Below are positions 1-8,504 of a stretch of 46,453 bases of DNA, in pieces. Location: UHGV virus genome UHGV-1365003, one strand, 5' to 3'. The notes under the pieces are model-generated. The model had not been told where the DNA came from. It did no database searches and saw nothing but the letters and a program-made list of their open reading frames with translations. The DNA comes from a virus. Both the position numbers and the translations under genes were made by a program. Within the stretch, counting starts at the first letter, position 1. Each line of letters starts with the position of its first letter.

Positions 1-49
1 ATTTTTTTTGAGTTCATTATTGCTGCATACAGATAGCAGAGGTAAACAC

Positions 50-292
50 ATGAAAAGCATCGCAGAACAGATAAGAGAAATGGAACAGACGAAGCTGTCA
101 GAGCTGATTGATTATGTTGGAGGGCAATCACAACTGGCAAGGTTTCTTGGTGTGTCAAAACAGGCTGTCAATCAGTGGGTGTCAAGAGGAAGAATTAGCG
201 CTACAGCAGCAATTGATGCCGAGAGACTTACTGGTGGCGTTTTCAGAAAGGAAGATTTAAGGCCAGCCGTTACAAAATGGATTGTTAAATAA
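50..292 (+). CDS. Cro/YdaS-like HTH DNA-binding protein (small transcriptional regulator)
   Basis: 81-aa ORF starting MKSIAEQ. AGAGG RBS sits 8 nt upstream. The HTH segment QSQLARFLGVSKQAVNQWVSRGRIS plus the C-terminal G-V-F-R-x-DLRP motif are typical of the YdaS/Cro family. A hairpin terminator follows. Confidence 0.65.
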   Translation: MKSIAEQIREMEQTKLSELIDYVGGQSQLARFLGVSKQAVNQWVSRGRISATAAIDAERLTGGVFRKEDLRPAVTKWIVK

Positions 293-293
293 T

Positions 294-320
294 AAAGCCC
301 GCGTTTGCGGGCTTTTTGTT
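294..320. terminator. bidirectional rho-independent terminator (AAGCCCGC-gttt-GCGGGCTT + T-tract)
   Basis: Perfect GC-rich stem with T-run on the plus strand and A-run upstream. Lies between the convergent Cro-like (+) and ASCH (-) genes. Confidence 0.7.
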
Positions 321-624
321 ATGCTTTGATGTTAACTTTTATTGCGAACACTTCCATTGGGTCAGGACCGAAGTGAGGGTGCGTGATGGTTTTAACCGTC
401 CATCCATTATATGGGATGTCAATGCGCCTGGATTTATCGTCCTTCTTTGGATATCCTTTTGTGATAATTAACCTTTCGTACTTCCTTCCAATCTTTCCGC
501 TATCTTTAAAGTTAATAAGGCGTTTCTTCCAGTAGTCATTAAAAAGGCGATACTCTTCCGTTTTCTCACCACGAATCATGGCATCGAAGTATTCGCCTTT
601 GACGGCAAGTTGCAAGTTAGCCAT
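319..624 (-). CDS. ASCH-domain protein
   Basis: ~101-aa ORF starting MANLQLAVKGEYFDAMIRGEKTEEYR. The GxKxxExR motif is characteristic of the ASCH fold. GGAGG RBS upstream. Start overlaps the stop of the upstream gene (TGATG). Confidence 0.55.
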   Translation of the reverse strand: MANLQLAVKGEYFDAMIRGEKTEEYRLFNDYWKKRLINFKDSGKIGRKYERLIITKGYPKKDDKSRRIDIPYNGWTVKTITHPHFGPDPMEVFAIKVNIKA

Positions 625-881
625 CAGTTTTCCTCCAGAATCCAAACTGAATTACCAATGCGACTGTTATTTAAATCCTTTGATACAAGGCCCTCCTTAC
701 AAAGAGAAACCAGAAGCTTCCGTAACTTTGCCGCCGTCCATTCATCATCAGGAAATTCATTCACCATCGATAGGCGTAAACTCCACGTAGCAACGGAGAA
801 CTTTCGACAAATCCCAAGTGTCTCCTCCTCAATGGATTTTCTCTTTCTCATCACGTATAAAACCTTATCTTTCACATCCAT
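624..881 (-). CDS. hypothetical protein (85 aa)
   Basis: ORF translationally coupled to the ASCH gene (stop/start overlap), in the same minus-strand operon as the primase. Confidence 0.45.
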   Translation of the reverse strand: MDVKDKVLYVMRKRKSIEEETLGICRKFSVATWSLRLSMVNEFPDDEWTAAKLRKLLVSLCKEGLVSKDLNNSRIGNSVWILEEN

Positions 882-891
882 TTCCTTGCCC

Positions 892-1095
892 TCACTTAAC
901 CATCAATTTTGAAATATCAACATAACCAACACAAAATCTATGCCAGTGATCATCAAGCACGTGGTAATTAGAGCGAATCCATACTTTGTTAATCCCGCTC
1001 CAGAAAAACCATGGCGAATAACCATGCGGCCTGAAATGCCATGAACCTTCTGAGCGACAAAGTTCGCCTGATATTGTTCTCATTGTGTTACACAT
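892..1095 (-). CDS. hypothetical protein (His/Trp-rich, ~63-67 aa)
   Basis: ORF in the operon. Start is ambiguous (ATG at 1095 overlapping the upstream stop, or ATG at ~1083). Confidence 0.35.
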   Translation of the reverse strand: MCNTMRTISGELCRSEGSWHFRPHGYSPWFFWSGINKVWIRSNYHVLDDHWHRFCVGYVDISKLMVK

Positions 1096-1510
1096 GGTTT
1101 TTATCCTTGTAGTTAGTCACACCTTTGGAACTCAAGCTATCTTTCTCACGCCTTCCGCTATACTCTTTGCTTACATCCTCATACAAAACACCAAACGCCT
1201 TGCAGAAATTAAATAGTGCGTCACCAGCAAATACTTCGCTTGGATGCCAGTTTCCGGATTTTCTTGCAACATCCCTGTAAGATGCTGTCACTATGCCAAC
1301 ATTGTTTTCATATTGTATTCGACAAAACAGTACGTCATCATCAATGCAGATACCCATATTGCAGCGGAATACAGGCATTTTCCAGTAGTAAACTTCCATC
1401 AGGTGCTTTCCTGTCATCATAGATATTGCGTTATCATGTGCGCGCTCAGGATTTTCTGACTCAAAATAGTCATACAAACCTCTCATCACCAGATACTTGT
1501 AATTAATCAT
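1088..1510 (-). CDS. hypothetical protein (140 aa)
   Basis: ORF whose ATG overlaps the stop of the primase gene (ATGA). No recognisable motif. Confidence 0.5.
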   Translation of the reverse strand: MINYKYLVMRGLYDYFESENPERAHDNAISMMTGKHLMEVYYWKMPVFRCNMGICIDDDVLFCRIQYENNVGIVTASYRDVARKSGNWHPSEVFAGDALFNFCKAFGVLYEDVSKEYSGRREKDSLSSKGVTNYKDKNHV

Positions 1511-3840
1511 ATCTCAACCTCATCATTTGTTAATTTGTAAATTATTACGTTGTGAGATGTTCTTTTTGCATTTTCATCAATGCAAATAATACCATCTGAT
1601 AACAACTTCTCTACGCACCTCTCGACATCAGCACGTTTATAACCACCTTCTTTTGCCACCCCTCTAACCATTGCTGTTTTGGTCATTCCTCTCTTCACAT
1701 ATTCTTTAACCATGGAGAAAATACCTTCAATTCGTTCTTCCATAGCTTTAGACTTCGCTCCGGCGATACTGTCAGCACGCATCATCAGATCGCTTGTTGA
1801 TTTAATTGTTAATGCTACCGCATATCTCAAGTGCTCCATGGTTATGACGCCAGTATCGCACGCGAGAATTCCAGCAATCTTTGCCACCTTCACAGCGCAT
1901 CTGTTTATCAATGGGTGATAACCAGTACCATTTTCTACATGCTTTCTTGCCACGGTTTTAATCCATGAGAAGAACTCCTTAGCGAGTTGAGAAACTTCAG
2001 GCGTAGCTTTTATAATCCGTCTTTCTTTTTGACTGATTATTGAGTCTGTCCAGTTTTTGTGCCCAGCCGTTCCGCCATTTATTATTGTTTTTATGGTCAG
2101 TTGCATATCCATAGGTAGATCACAGTAGTTTACGCTTTCGTTTTCATCAGCAATCTCCTGTAACTCCTGCATAATCATTGCGCGCCCCATAAGACCTGAC
2201 TTAATGTTCTCTTCAGTGATAAGGCGCTTAAACTGATCATCAGTAGACACACCAAAGATTGAAAAAAATGGATTCCTTATAGCTCCATCAATTCTGTTTA
2301 TCACATCATCAAACTGACACTTAATGTCAACGGGGTCTGCCTGTATCTCATTTTCCTCAATAGCCATCAACAGCATAGCCTTTCTCTTTTCGAAAGACTT
2401 AATGAAATCCTCAGTAACCCGCTGGTCACAATAAAGAACTTCTGACGTGTAAGCCTCCATGATCGCACCAGCGGTTGCCATGTTGTACTCGCTTACTTTC
2501 TGACCAACAACACTACCAAGTTTTATCCCAATTTCATCCATGATGATATTAAACATCTGGTTAGCGCAAAGACCTTCATATATCGCACGCTCTGAGCGTA
2601 TCTTACCGGCAACTGTCTTACTCAATCCTGAGCAATCAATTATCTTTTGTAGCGCAGCAAGAACATCACCCTTACCAGAACCTGAACCAGCTATACCAAC
2701 AGCAAACAGGTTTGGTAAGGCTTTCCTGTTTGTAAGGTAAATATCAGATGACGCTCCGCAAATCATGGATGCGGCATGCAATGCGGCAAGTGCTGCAATG
2801 TTCTCTCGCTTCTCTGCACAGTTCTTATTAATCCACGCCGTAAGGCGACCAACAAATCCAGGAGGATAACGGACATCAACACTTTTGTACTCTACAGGGC
2901 ATTCACCAACACCCATTGCCATCTCTCGCTCGAAAGACTCAAGTTTCTCAATTTCCTCTGGAGTAGCCTCAAAAGTTACTTTCCTTACCCACCCTCCCTC
3001 TTGCGCGAGATAAACCAGCGTTGCTTCGGTTATCTTTTCGCTAACACCGTCCTTTCCAAAGGAATGCCATTTTGCGTCCATTTCTTCAGCTCTGTACTTG
3101 CTGAACTGCGATGACCACCTATCCCAAAGCTCAAAACCATTGCCTTCTGTAGCTTCGTGGATAGCCATACCCACATGAAGCCATGGGTCATACTCATCAC
3201 CATCTTTGATGTATTTGAGCATATCCTCCATTTCGGCAATGCTGTAATTTTTACTATCAAGCGTGAAAACCTCGTCTTCCGTTCTCTCAGGACGCAACAA
3301 AAGCTCAATAAGTTCAGAAGGGCATTCAGTTATCTCTGAAGGAGAGCCATGCTCAGCTTCATAAAAGTTACCTGACTTATGGAATGAGCCGCAGCCAACA
3401 ACAAAACCAGATGATTTAAAGTCAATACCCTTAAACCTTCTGTCATGAGAGCGCAGCTTTATTCCTTCAGGAAGTTTGTAATAGATGTGGCGACCACCAC
3501 CACCAGTCTTAACAGTAAAGCCAGCTTCGTCAGCAAGCTCTACGTCTAAGGCATCACAAAGCGATTCATATCCATCATTACCTCCGTTGCGTGGATCAAT
3601 ATCAACTACCAGATAACCATTCACAAGGACACCGAATGACTGCAATTGACCATATTCAGCCATATTTTCAATCTGGTCATCAGCCCATATAACTCCAAGC
3701 TGCCAGTTACTCATAACCGGATGCTTGCCGGCAGCATTGCACTCTGGATCACCGCATGTGCAATTGCGGTCGATATCCATTGCATGGATTCCAATAATAG
3801 GGAAGCCACATTTGCGGTAATCTTCATAACCAATCATCAT
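1507..3840 (-). CDS. bifunctional DNA primase-polymerase (PrimPol N-terminal domain) / P-loop helicase (D5/P4-alpha-like) replication protein
   Basis: 777-aa ORF. N-terminus has a Cys/His cluster (CTCGDPEC) and a PrimPol-like region (VVDIDPRNGG). Central Walker A GIAGSGSGKGDV. Large C-terminal helicase-like domain. Adjacent to an iteron/AT-rich region. Confidence 0.8.
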   Translation of the reverse strand: MMIGYEDYRKCGFPIIGIHAMDIDRNCTCGDPECNAAGKHPVMSNWQLGVIWADDQIENMAEYGQLQSFGVLVNGYLVVDIDPRNGGNDGYESLCDALDVELADEAGFTVKTGGGGRHIYYKLPEGIKLRSHDRRFKGIDFKSSGFVVGCGSFHKSGNFYEAEHGSPSEITECPSELIELLLRPERTEDEVFTLDSKNYSIAEMEDMLKYIKDGDEYDPWLHVGMAIHEATEGNGFELWDRWSSQFSKYRAEEMDAKWHSFGKDGVSEKITEATLVYLAQEGGWVRKVTFEATPEEIEKLESFEREMAMGVGECPVEYKSVDVRYPPGFVGRLTAWINKNCAEKRENIAALAALHAASMICGASSDIYLTNRKALPNLFAVGIAGSGSGKGDVLAALQKIIDCSGLSKTVAGKIRSERAIYEGLCANQMFNIIMDEIGIKLGSVVGQKVSEYNMATAGAIMEAYTSEVLYCDQRVTEDFIKSFEKRKAMLLMAIEENEIQADPVDIKCQFDDVINRIDGAIRNPFFSIFGVSTDDQFKRLITEENIKSGLMGRAMIMQELQEIADENESVNYCDLPMDMQLTIKTIINGGTAGHKNWTDSIISQKERRIIKATPEVSQLAKEFFSWIKTVARKHVENGTGYHPLINRCAVKVAKIAGILACDTGVITMEHLRYAVALTIKSTSDLMMRADSIAGAKSKAMEERIEGIFSMVKEYVKRGMTKTAMVRGVAKEGGYKRADVERCVEKLLSDGIICIDENAKRTSHNVIIYKLTNDEVEI

Positions 3841-4052
3841 TTAATTCTCCGAACAGACACTTCGCCTTCTTCCATCTTTCTGGTTACAAAAAGCCACGAA
3901 TTATCTTTCGCAACACAGCACAGGCTCGCCCTGAATTTTTCAATACTGTTATTGGCACGGAAATCATCTACCACAAAAAATCGCACCTCTCCAATCGACA
4001 TCCCGCTAACAAACTCATACACCTCAGCCATTGCGCTACCAAACCTGTACAT
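3837..4052 (-). CDS. hypothetical protein (71 aa), first gene of the primase operon
   Basis: GGAGG RBS 5 nt upstream of ATG (MYRFGSAMAEVYEF). Stop overlaps the primase ATG (ATGA). Confidence 0.5.
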   Translation of the reverse strand: MYRFGSAMAEVYEFVSGMSIGEVRFFVVDDFRANNSIEKFRASLCCVAKDNSWLFVTRKMEEGEVSVRRIK

Positions 4053-4175
4053 GACAACCTCCAGACAATGAATCAACAACAAACTCAATTTAATATATCA
4101 ACTTTTCTATAATTCAGCAAGCACACGAAGAAACACTTAATAGCAACCTACATACTTTGCTTCCTGAGTTGACAC

Positions 4176-4420
4176 GCTTCCCGAAAAAGCGTATTAATAT
4201 TTCAGAGCTTAATTTTTACTTTATCTTTCAATAGTATATAGGTAAATGAGAAAAATTATCGGGAAGCCAATATTAAGCAAAATCAATAGTTTAGGTGTTC
4301 GCTTCCCGAGTCAAAAAAATGGATAAACAAAAGCTCATCATAAAAAAAAGGGGGGGGTATTTTCGGGAAGCTGGGAAGCGAGCGGAAAATACTGAAAACA
4401 AAAGGAATTTGGCTTCCCGA
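4176..4420. repeat. iteron array: 9-mer GCTTCCCGA in alternating orientation (approx. 4176-4184+, 4259-4267-, 4301-4309+, 4364-4372-, half-site 4373-4379, 4412-4420+)
   Basis: Seen directly in the sequence. Five full copies plus one partial in ~245 bp of non-coding DNA, immediately upstream of the primase-helicase operon. Confidence 0.55.
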
Positions 4421-4439
4421 TAACTTGGGATTCAAAATT

Positions 4440-4640
4440 AACTAAATTAATTAACAAATCAACCAGCTTAATTGCTGGTTTTGTGTTTCTGTATCGTAAG
4501 GTATTAATATCTATAATAAATATAAAGAAGATCTTAATATACTTTATAGAGGTAATAAACAAAGGCTACTATTAGTAATATATGTAACTATATATGTAAG
4601 CTAGCGTTCACTAACATTTAGCCGTGCTTTTTCTTTCTCT
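4440..4640. other. AT-rich tract (candidate DNA unwinding element) with internal hairpin AACCAGC-ttaatt-GCTGGTT+TTTTGTGTTT (approx. 4463-4492)
   Basis: ~75-80% A+T over ~180 bp next to the iterons. The hairpin plus T-tract looks like a plus-strand terminator. Confidence 0.4.
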
Positions 4641-4645
4641 GTGTG

Positions 4646-4674
4646 TTGACGTAGAATAACAACTGATGTAGATT
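4646..4674 (+). promoter_or_regulatory. sigma70-type promoter TTGACG-N17-TAGATT (conserved GTTGACGTAGA element) for the plus-strand early genes
   Basis: gtGTTGACGTAGAATaacaactgatgTAGATTgg. The -35 and -10 hexamers are 17 bp apart. Same element recurs at 7 other sites. Confidence 0.55.
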
Positions 4675-4947
4675 GGATTCATCGAAACAAACGAGGGTTA
4701 AGAAATGAAAATCAAAGACCGTGAAGAATTTTAGGATGCGCAGGCTATGGCACGTATCGCAGTTGAGCGCACAAACAACAGCATTCCTGCAGAATCATTC
4801 TGGAACGCAGCAATGCAGGCTTTAATCTCAGCGTATGGGTTAAGCAAATGACAGGCGCAACATTCGAACTTATCGCCAGTCTGGTTATCGTGTCGTTCAT
4901 CATTATCGCAGTGGCAGTTTCAAAATCAGGGTATAAGGAGTAACAAA

Positions 4948-5106
4948 ATGAGCAACAAACCAATCCAGCCAACAGAAGAGATGATTGAAGCAGGCATCCG
5001 TGAACTTATGGAAAACATTGATGTTGAGTCAATGACAAATGATGAGATGAGTGACGCCGTTGTATTCATCTGGCAGGCAATGTATCAGGCGCACGTGGGG
5101 AAATAA
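4948..5106 (+). CDS. hypothetical small acidic protein (52 aa)
   Basis: AAGGAG RBS 7 nt upstream of ATG (MSNKPIQPTEEMIEAG). Not in the ORF track because it is under 60 aa. Confidence 0.5.
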   Translation: MSNKPIQPTEEMIEAGIRELMENIDVESMTNDEMSDAVVFIWQAMYQAHVGK

Positions 5107-5109
5107 CAA

Positions 5110-5292
5110 ATGGCAAAAACTATCTATCGTCGCGAGAAACTGGAACAGGAACTCGGTCACGTTGGCGCGCAAAACTTTATGAGCAAGCAGGCACGCAATG
5201 CAATTGAATCTATCCGCGTGAATCGCGTTGTGCGCGTGTTTAATGGTGAAGGTAAGCGCAGAGTAATGGATGAGCTGATTATCGTGTTTTGA
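5110..5292 (+). CDS. hypothetical protein (60 aa)
   Basis: ORF in the early-gene run. Weak RBS. Confidence 0.4.
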   Translation: MAKTIYRREKLEQELGHVGAQNFMSKQARNAIESIRVNRVVRVFNGEGKRRVMDELIIVF

Positions 5293-5328
5293 CCTCGATT
5301 CAGTGCCCTTATTTTTAATGGTGATGAT

Positions 5329-5562
5329 ATGGTAAAAGTGAAAACATACGAGTTCTGGTTTGCTCAGAACAAGATGTATGCGAGCAAGACAATCAAGCGA
5401 GTGCGCTGGTGGAATAAGTGGTTAATCATTTCCGGCTGCATCGTTCTGGCAAGGTGCAAATTCAAAGCGGTTGACATCACAGATGATGATGCGCTCAAAA
5501 TCGCAAAGATTGAGTTTGAAGAAGATGGTTATTACGAAGAAATTATGGGAGTTAGGGTATGA
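5329..5562 (+). CDS. hypothetical protein (77 aa)
   Basis: ORF in the early-gene run. Stop overlaps the next small ORF's ATG. Confidence 0.45.
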   Translation: MVKVKTYEFWFAQNKMYASKTIKRVRWWNKWLIISGCIVLARCKFKAVDITDDDALKIAKIEFEEDGYYEEIMGVRV

Positions 5563-5666
5563 GTGAACAATCACGCGGAACAGTAAAAGCAAAAACATAC
5601 TCGGTCCTGAGAAGCGCAATTCCGCATCCTCCTGATGGTGATGGATATTACGTGACTGTTGTTTAA
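5559..5666 (+). CDS. hypothetical micro-protein (35 aa)
   Basis: ATGA overlap with the upstream stop. Sequence MSEQSRGTVKAKTYSVLRSAIPHPPDGDGYYVTVV. Confidence 0.3.
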   Translation: MSEQSRGTVKAKTYSVLRSAIPHPPDGDGYYVTVV

Positions 5667-5678
5667 CTTGCTGACTAC

Positions 5679-5837
5679 ATGTCCTGCCTAAACAGAATCA
5701 CAGAAATGAGCGTTGAGAACTATCACATGAAGAATCGCATTGCAGAACTGGAGTCTGCATTGAATCGCCATTATGAGATACCTGACGTTTATGATATGGC
5801 AATAAAGCAATTCGAAAGCCTGGCTAAAAGTGAATAG
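5679..5837 (+). CDS. hypothetical protein (52 aa, coiled-coil-like)
   Basis: ORF MSCLNRITEMSVENYHMKNRIAELESALNRHYEIPDVYDMAIKQFESLAKSE. Confidence 0.35.
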   Translation: MSCLNRITEMSVENYHMKNRIAELESALNRHYEIPDVYDMAIKQFESLAKSE

Positions 5838-5900
5838 CTACCAGTCCATATTAATTACCAGTGCGCTCTATGTGGCGCACGCTTTAGTGGAGATTTACGA

Positions 5901-6152
5901 ATGAGCAGCACACCAAAATTACAGCTTGGATTCTCTCCGTTAAGTAAAAAAATTGTTCTTGCTATGATGAAAGAACATAAGTCAGGAATGAGAGTTCGTG
6001 TTGGTAATAAACCTCCAAGAGATGTGACAGAAGAGGCTGCACAGATTGTATGGCAGCTTGTGATGTCTGAGGGTGGTGAGATTTTATGGGAAAGAGAGGA
6101 TGGGATGATTATGGCTCTTACGGCTGAGTTAAGAGAGGTTAGCAATGGGTAA
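5901..6152 (+). CDS. hypothetical protein (83 aa)
   Basis: GGAG RBS 8 nt upstream. Stop overlaps the next ORF's ATG. Confidence 0.5.
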   Translation: MSSTPKLQLGFSPLSKKIVLAMMKEHKSGMRVRVGNKPPRDVTEEAAQIVWQLVMSEGGEILWEREDGMIMALTAELREVSNG

Positions 6153-6261
6153 TATGAACAACCACCAACGACGCCGATACACCACTGGCGCTAAAATCTT
6201 CCTTGCTGTTTATATGCTGGCACTGGTAGCGGCTATTGCAGGAGTTGTGCATCATGTTTAA
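6145..6261 (+). CDS. hypothetical small membrane protein (38 aa, one TM helix)
   Basis: ATGGGTAA overlap with the upstream stop. Basic N-terminus then IFLAVYMLALVAAIAGVV. Confidence 0.35.
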   Translation: MGNMNNHQRRRYTTGAKIFLAVYMLALVAAIAGVVHHV

Positions 6262-6433
6262 CGATATCAATGACGCAATGCAAAACATGTGGGAACGATA
6301 CTGGAACAGCATGAAGACGTGTCACTACATGATGGTACAGATAGGTAATTACATTGAGGTTGCGCCTGATAATGGTGTTCACGACATCAAGTGCATGTGC
6401 TCAACGAGGGATTTTGCTAATGCAAACCACTAA
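6254..6433 (+). CDS. hypothetical protein (59 aa, Cys/His-containing)
   Basis: ORF MFNDINDAMQNMWERYWNSMKTCHYMM...CMCSTRDF. GGAG upstream. Confidence 0.4.
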   Translation: MFNDINDAMQNMWERYWNSMKTCHYMMVQIGNYIEVAPDNGVHDIKCMCSTRDFANANH

Positions 6434-6569
6434 ACAGAAAGTATGGGAGGCAGCAAAAAACGAGGGTGCGGATAGGTTTATATCAATGATTGCAAAGCAC
6501 TTCCCCGGCGCAATAGATGTTGTTCACATTAAGTCACCACGCTGTGATGTATGGTGTAAAGCAAAATAA
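6420..6569 (+). CDS. hypothetical protein (49 aa)
   Basis: ATG overlapping the end of the previous ORF. In frame with track ORF 6354..6569. Confidence 0.35.
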   Translation: MQTTKQKVWEAAKNEGADRFISMIAKHFPGAIDVVHIKSPRCDVWCKAK

Positions 6570-6622
6570 ACTCTTTACATGATACCTCCTAAAGGGTATC
6601 ATCATCTTCACGAGGTGCAAAA

Positions 6623-6757
6623 ATGATTTGTAAAACATGTGGTAAGGAGCTTCTTCCTGGATGCCGTAAGGATAAGAAGTATTGCTCTCCTTATTGCAAG
6701 CTAAAAGCCACGAGGAGGAGAAATGCTGACAAAAAGCAGAGCGTTCAAATGGGATGA
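6623..6757 (+). CDS. hypothetical zinc-ribbon micro-protein (CxxC...CxxxC, 44 aa)
   Basis: GAGGTG RBS. Sequence MICKTCGKELLPGCRKDKKYCSPYCKLKATRRR. 3' end overlaps the HNH gene start. Confidence 0.35.
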   Translation: MICKTCGKELLPGCRKDKKYCSPYCKLKATRRRNADKKQSVQMG

Positions 6758-7226
6758 TGTATTTGATTATAGCGATGGGGTGCTACTGTGGAAAATTAAG
6801 CCTTGTAAGAACATGGAAAAATCATCTCCCGCTGGAACCATGAGAAACGATGGTTACTTGCAAGTCAGATTCATGAATAAGATACATTTGATTCATAGAA
6901 TTGTATGGGAAATGCTTAACGGCGAGATACCTCATTGTATGCAAATAGACCACATCAACCACGACAGAAGTGACAACAGAATTCAAAATTTAAGGATGGT
7001 CACTAAAATATCAAACGGTAGAAATTTGACCAAGAAAATAAATAACACTAGTGGCGTTACAGGTGTCTCATGGTACAAAAGCCGGGAAAAGTGGAGGGTG
7101 CAAATAATGGTTGACAGAAAAAGTATACACATTGGGTATTTTAGTGATTTTGAATCAGCTGTTGCTGCAAGGATTTCTGCTAATGAAAGGTATGGGTTCC
7201 ACAAAAATCACGGAGTGAATTGTTGA
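6723..7226 (+). CDS. HNH homing endonuclease with AP2-type DNA-binding domain (paralog 1 of 3)
   Basis: HNH motif region IDHINHDRSDNRIQNLRMV. AP2-like segment GVTGVSWYKSREKWRVQIMVDRKSIHIGYFSDFESA. Paralogous to 7989..8504 and 17180..17668. Confidence 0.85.
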   Translation: MLTKSRAFKWDDVFDYSDGVLLWKIKPCKNMEKSSPAGTMRNDGYLQVRFMNKIHLIHRIVWEMLNGEIPHCMQIDHINHDRSDNRIQNLRMVTKISNGRNLTKKINNTSGVTGVSWYKSREKWRVQIMVDRKSIHIGYFSDFESAVAARISANERYGFHKNHGVNC

Positions 7227-7367
7227 ATTAATTCCCTGATGCACTTGAAATCGTTCATGTGCAGACGCAAACAGAAAACGCATGGTGCTATGCTGGCAAG
7301 CGTGATAATGATGGTGTACAATAAACGCATAACCACCATTGCTTCACTCATATCATCACCCAACCTT

Positions 7368-7396
7368 TAACCCGCCTTGTGCGGGTTCTTTTTTTG
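7368..7396 (+). terminator. rho-independent terminator (AACCCGCcttgtGCGGGTT + T8)
   Basis: GC stem followed by a run of 8 T. Confidence 0.7.
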
Positions 7397-7420
7397 CCAT
7401 TAACGACATGGTGTGGAATC

Positions 7421-7429
7421 TGTTACAAT
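7421..7429 (+). promoter_or_regulatory. extended -10 promoter element TGTTACAAT upstream of the terminase small subunit gene
   Basis: TGnTACAAT about 45 bp upstream of the ATG at 7473. Member of a recurring extended -10 class. Confidence 0.35.
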
Positions 7430-7472
7430 ATCGAATAACGGAAAAATAACGAAATATTGATAGGTTTTATCT

Positions 7473-7889
7473 ATGGCTAAAAAGTTATTCAGTAAAGAAA
7501 ATCAACCACAAAATAAACGCGGAAAAGACAAGCGAAAGCTGCTCGTTGAGGCTCTTGAGAGAAAGGGGTTTAGTGAGGAAAAACTCTATGACACCATCGT
7601 TGAGATGGCGATGATTGAACGTGACACGGCAATGATGAAGGAGCTTATCGTTCGATTCAGCCCGTTACCTAAGCCTGTCGCCCCTGTTTTTGAAGTTGAT
7701 TTCCCTGATGACGGAACTCCTGTTCAGAAGATTGACGCCGTTATTCGTGGCATAGCTGCTGGTGTTATACCTGTGGATATTGGCAAGACATTTGCTGAAG
7801 TTATCAGGACAGGACTGGATATTGCCGAAGTTACCGAACTCGCCGCGCGACTTGAGCGACTGGAGAAATTACTGGAGCAGCAACAGTAA
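7473..7889 (+). CDS. terminase small subunit (putative)
   Basis: 138-aa basic N-terminus (KRGKDKRK) followed by a coiled-coil C-terminus. Lies immediately upstream of HNH + terminase large subunit. Confidence 0.55.
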   Translation: MAKKLFSKENQPQNKRGKDKRKLLVEALERKGFSEEKLYDTIVEMAMIERDTAMMKELIVRFSPLPKPVAPVFEVDFPDDGTPVQKIDAVIRGIAAGVIPVDIGKTFAEVIRTGLDIAEVTELAARLERLEKLLEQQQ

Positions 7890-7988
7890 CTGATTTATAA
7901 TAATCAATGCGGCTAGGGGGCACCCGAAAAGCGACTCATCACCGCCTGCCGCATTCACTTCAATGATGCCCTGATGAGGAATCTATAT

Positions 7989-8504
7989 ATGCTTACGCAA
8001 GCAGAATTAAAACACATCCTTGATTACAATCCTGACACCGGAATTTTTACATGGAAAAACCCACACAAGCAGGGAAGGGCCAAACCCGGGAAGCCAGCAG
8101 GAACAATAAAATTATGCGGCCCCGTTGGTAGCAAACGACTGTATCACTATATTCATTTTGGAAGAAAGTGGTATAGATCGCACGGACTGGCTTGGCTTTA
8201 CATGACTGGTAGTTGGCCTGAAAAAGAAATAGACCACATAAACAACAATACGCTTGATAATCGTTTTGTTAATCTGCGAGAGGCTGACCATCAGCAAAAT
8301 GGTTACAACAAAAAACTACAGGCAAACAACACATCAGGGGTTAAGGGTGTGTATTGGGATAAATCAAGATGCAAGTGGATGGCAAGATTAAATATAAATG
8401 GCAGGATGGTTAACCTTGGCAGGTTCGCCAACATTGAAGATGCAGTCAAAAAGATAATGGAAGAAAGAGAGAAAAATCACGGGGAGTTTTGTAATCATGG
8501 CTAG
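7989..8504 (+). CDS. HNH homing endonuclease with AP2 domain (paralog 2), between terS and terL
   Basis: AGGAA RBS. HNH motif region IDHINNNTLDNRFVNL. AP2-like segment GVKGVYWDKSRCKWMARLNINGRMVNLGRFANIEDA. Confidence 0.85.
   Translation: MLTQAELKHILDYNPDTGIFTWKNPHKQGRAKPGKPAGTIKLCGPVGSKRLYHYIHFGRKWYRSHGLAWLYMTGSWPEKEIDHINNNTLDNRFVNLREADHQQNGYNKKLQANNTSGVKGVYWDKSRCKWMARLNINGRMVNLGRFANIEDAVKKIMEEREKNHGEFCNHG

Noticed and set aside
578-912. Plus-strand ORFs 578..790 and 610..912 overlapping the ASCH/85-aa genes
   Set aside because: Antisense to coupled minus-strand genes, inside the leftward primase operon. No RBS.
2776-4071. Plus-strand ORFs (112, 141 aa) inside and upstream of the primase gene
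   Set aside because: Shadow ORFs antisense to the 777-aa primase-helicase and its leader gene.
6354-6569. Longer 71-aa version of the 6420..6569 ORF
   Set aside because: The upstream extension overlaps most of the 6254..6433 gene in another frame. The internal ATG at 6420, right at that gene's end, gives a more economical arrangement. This is uncertain either way.
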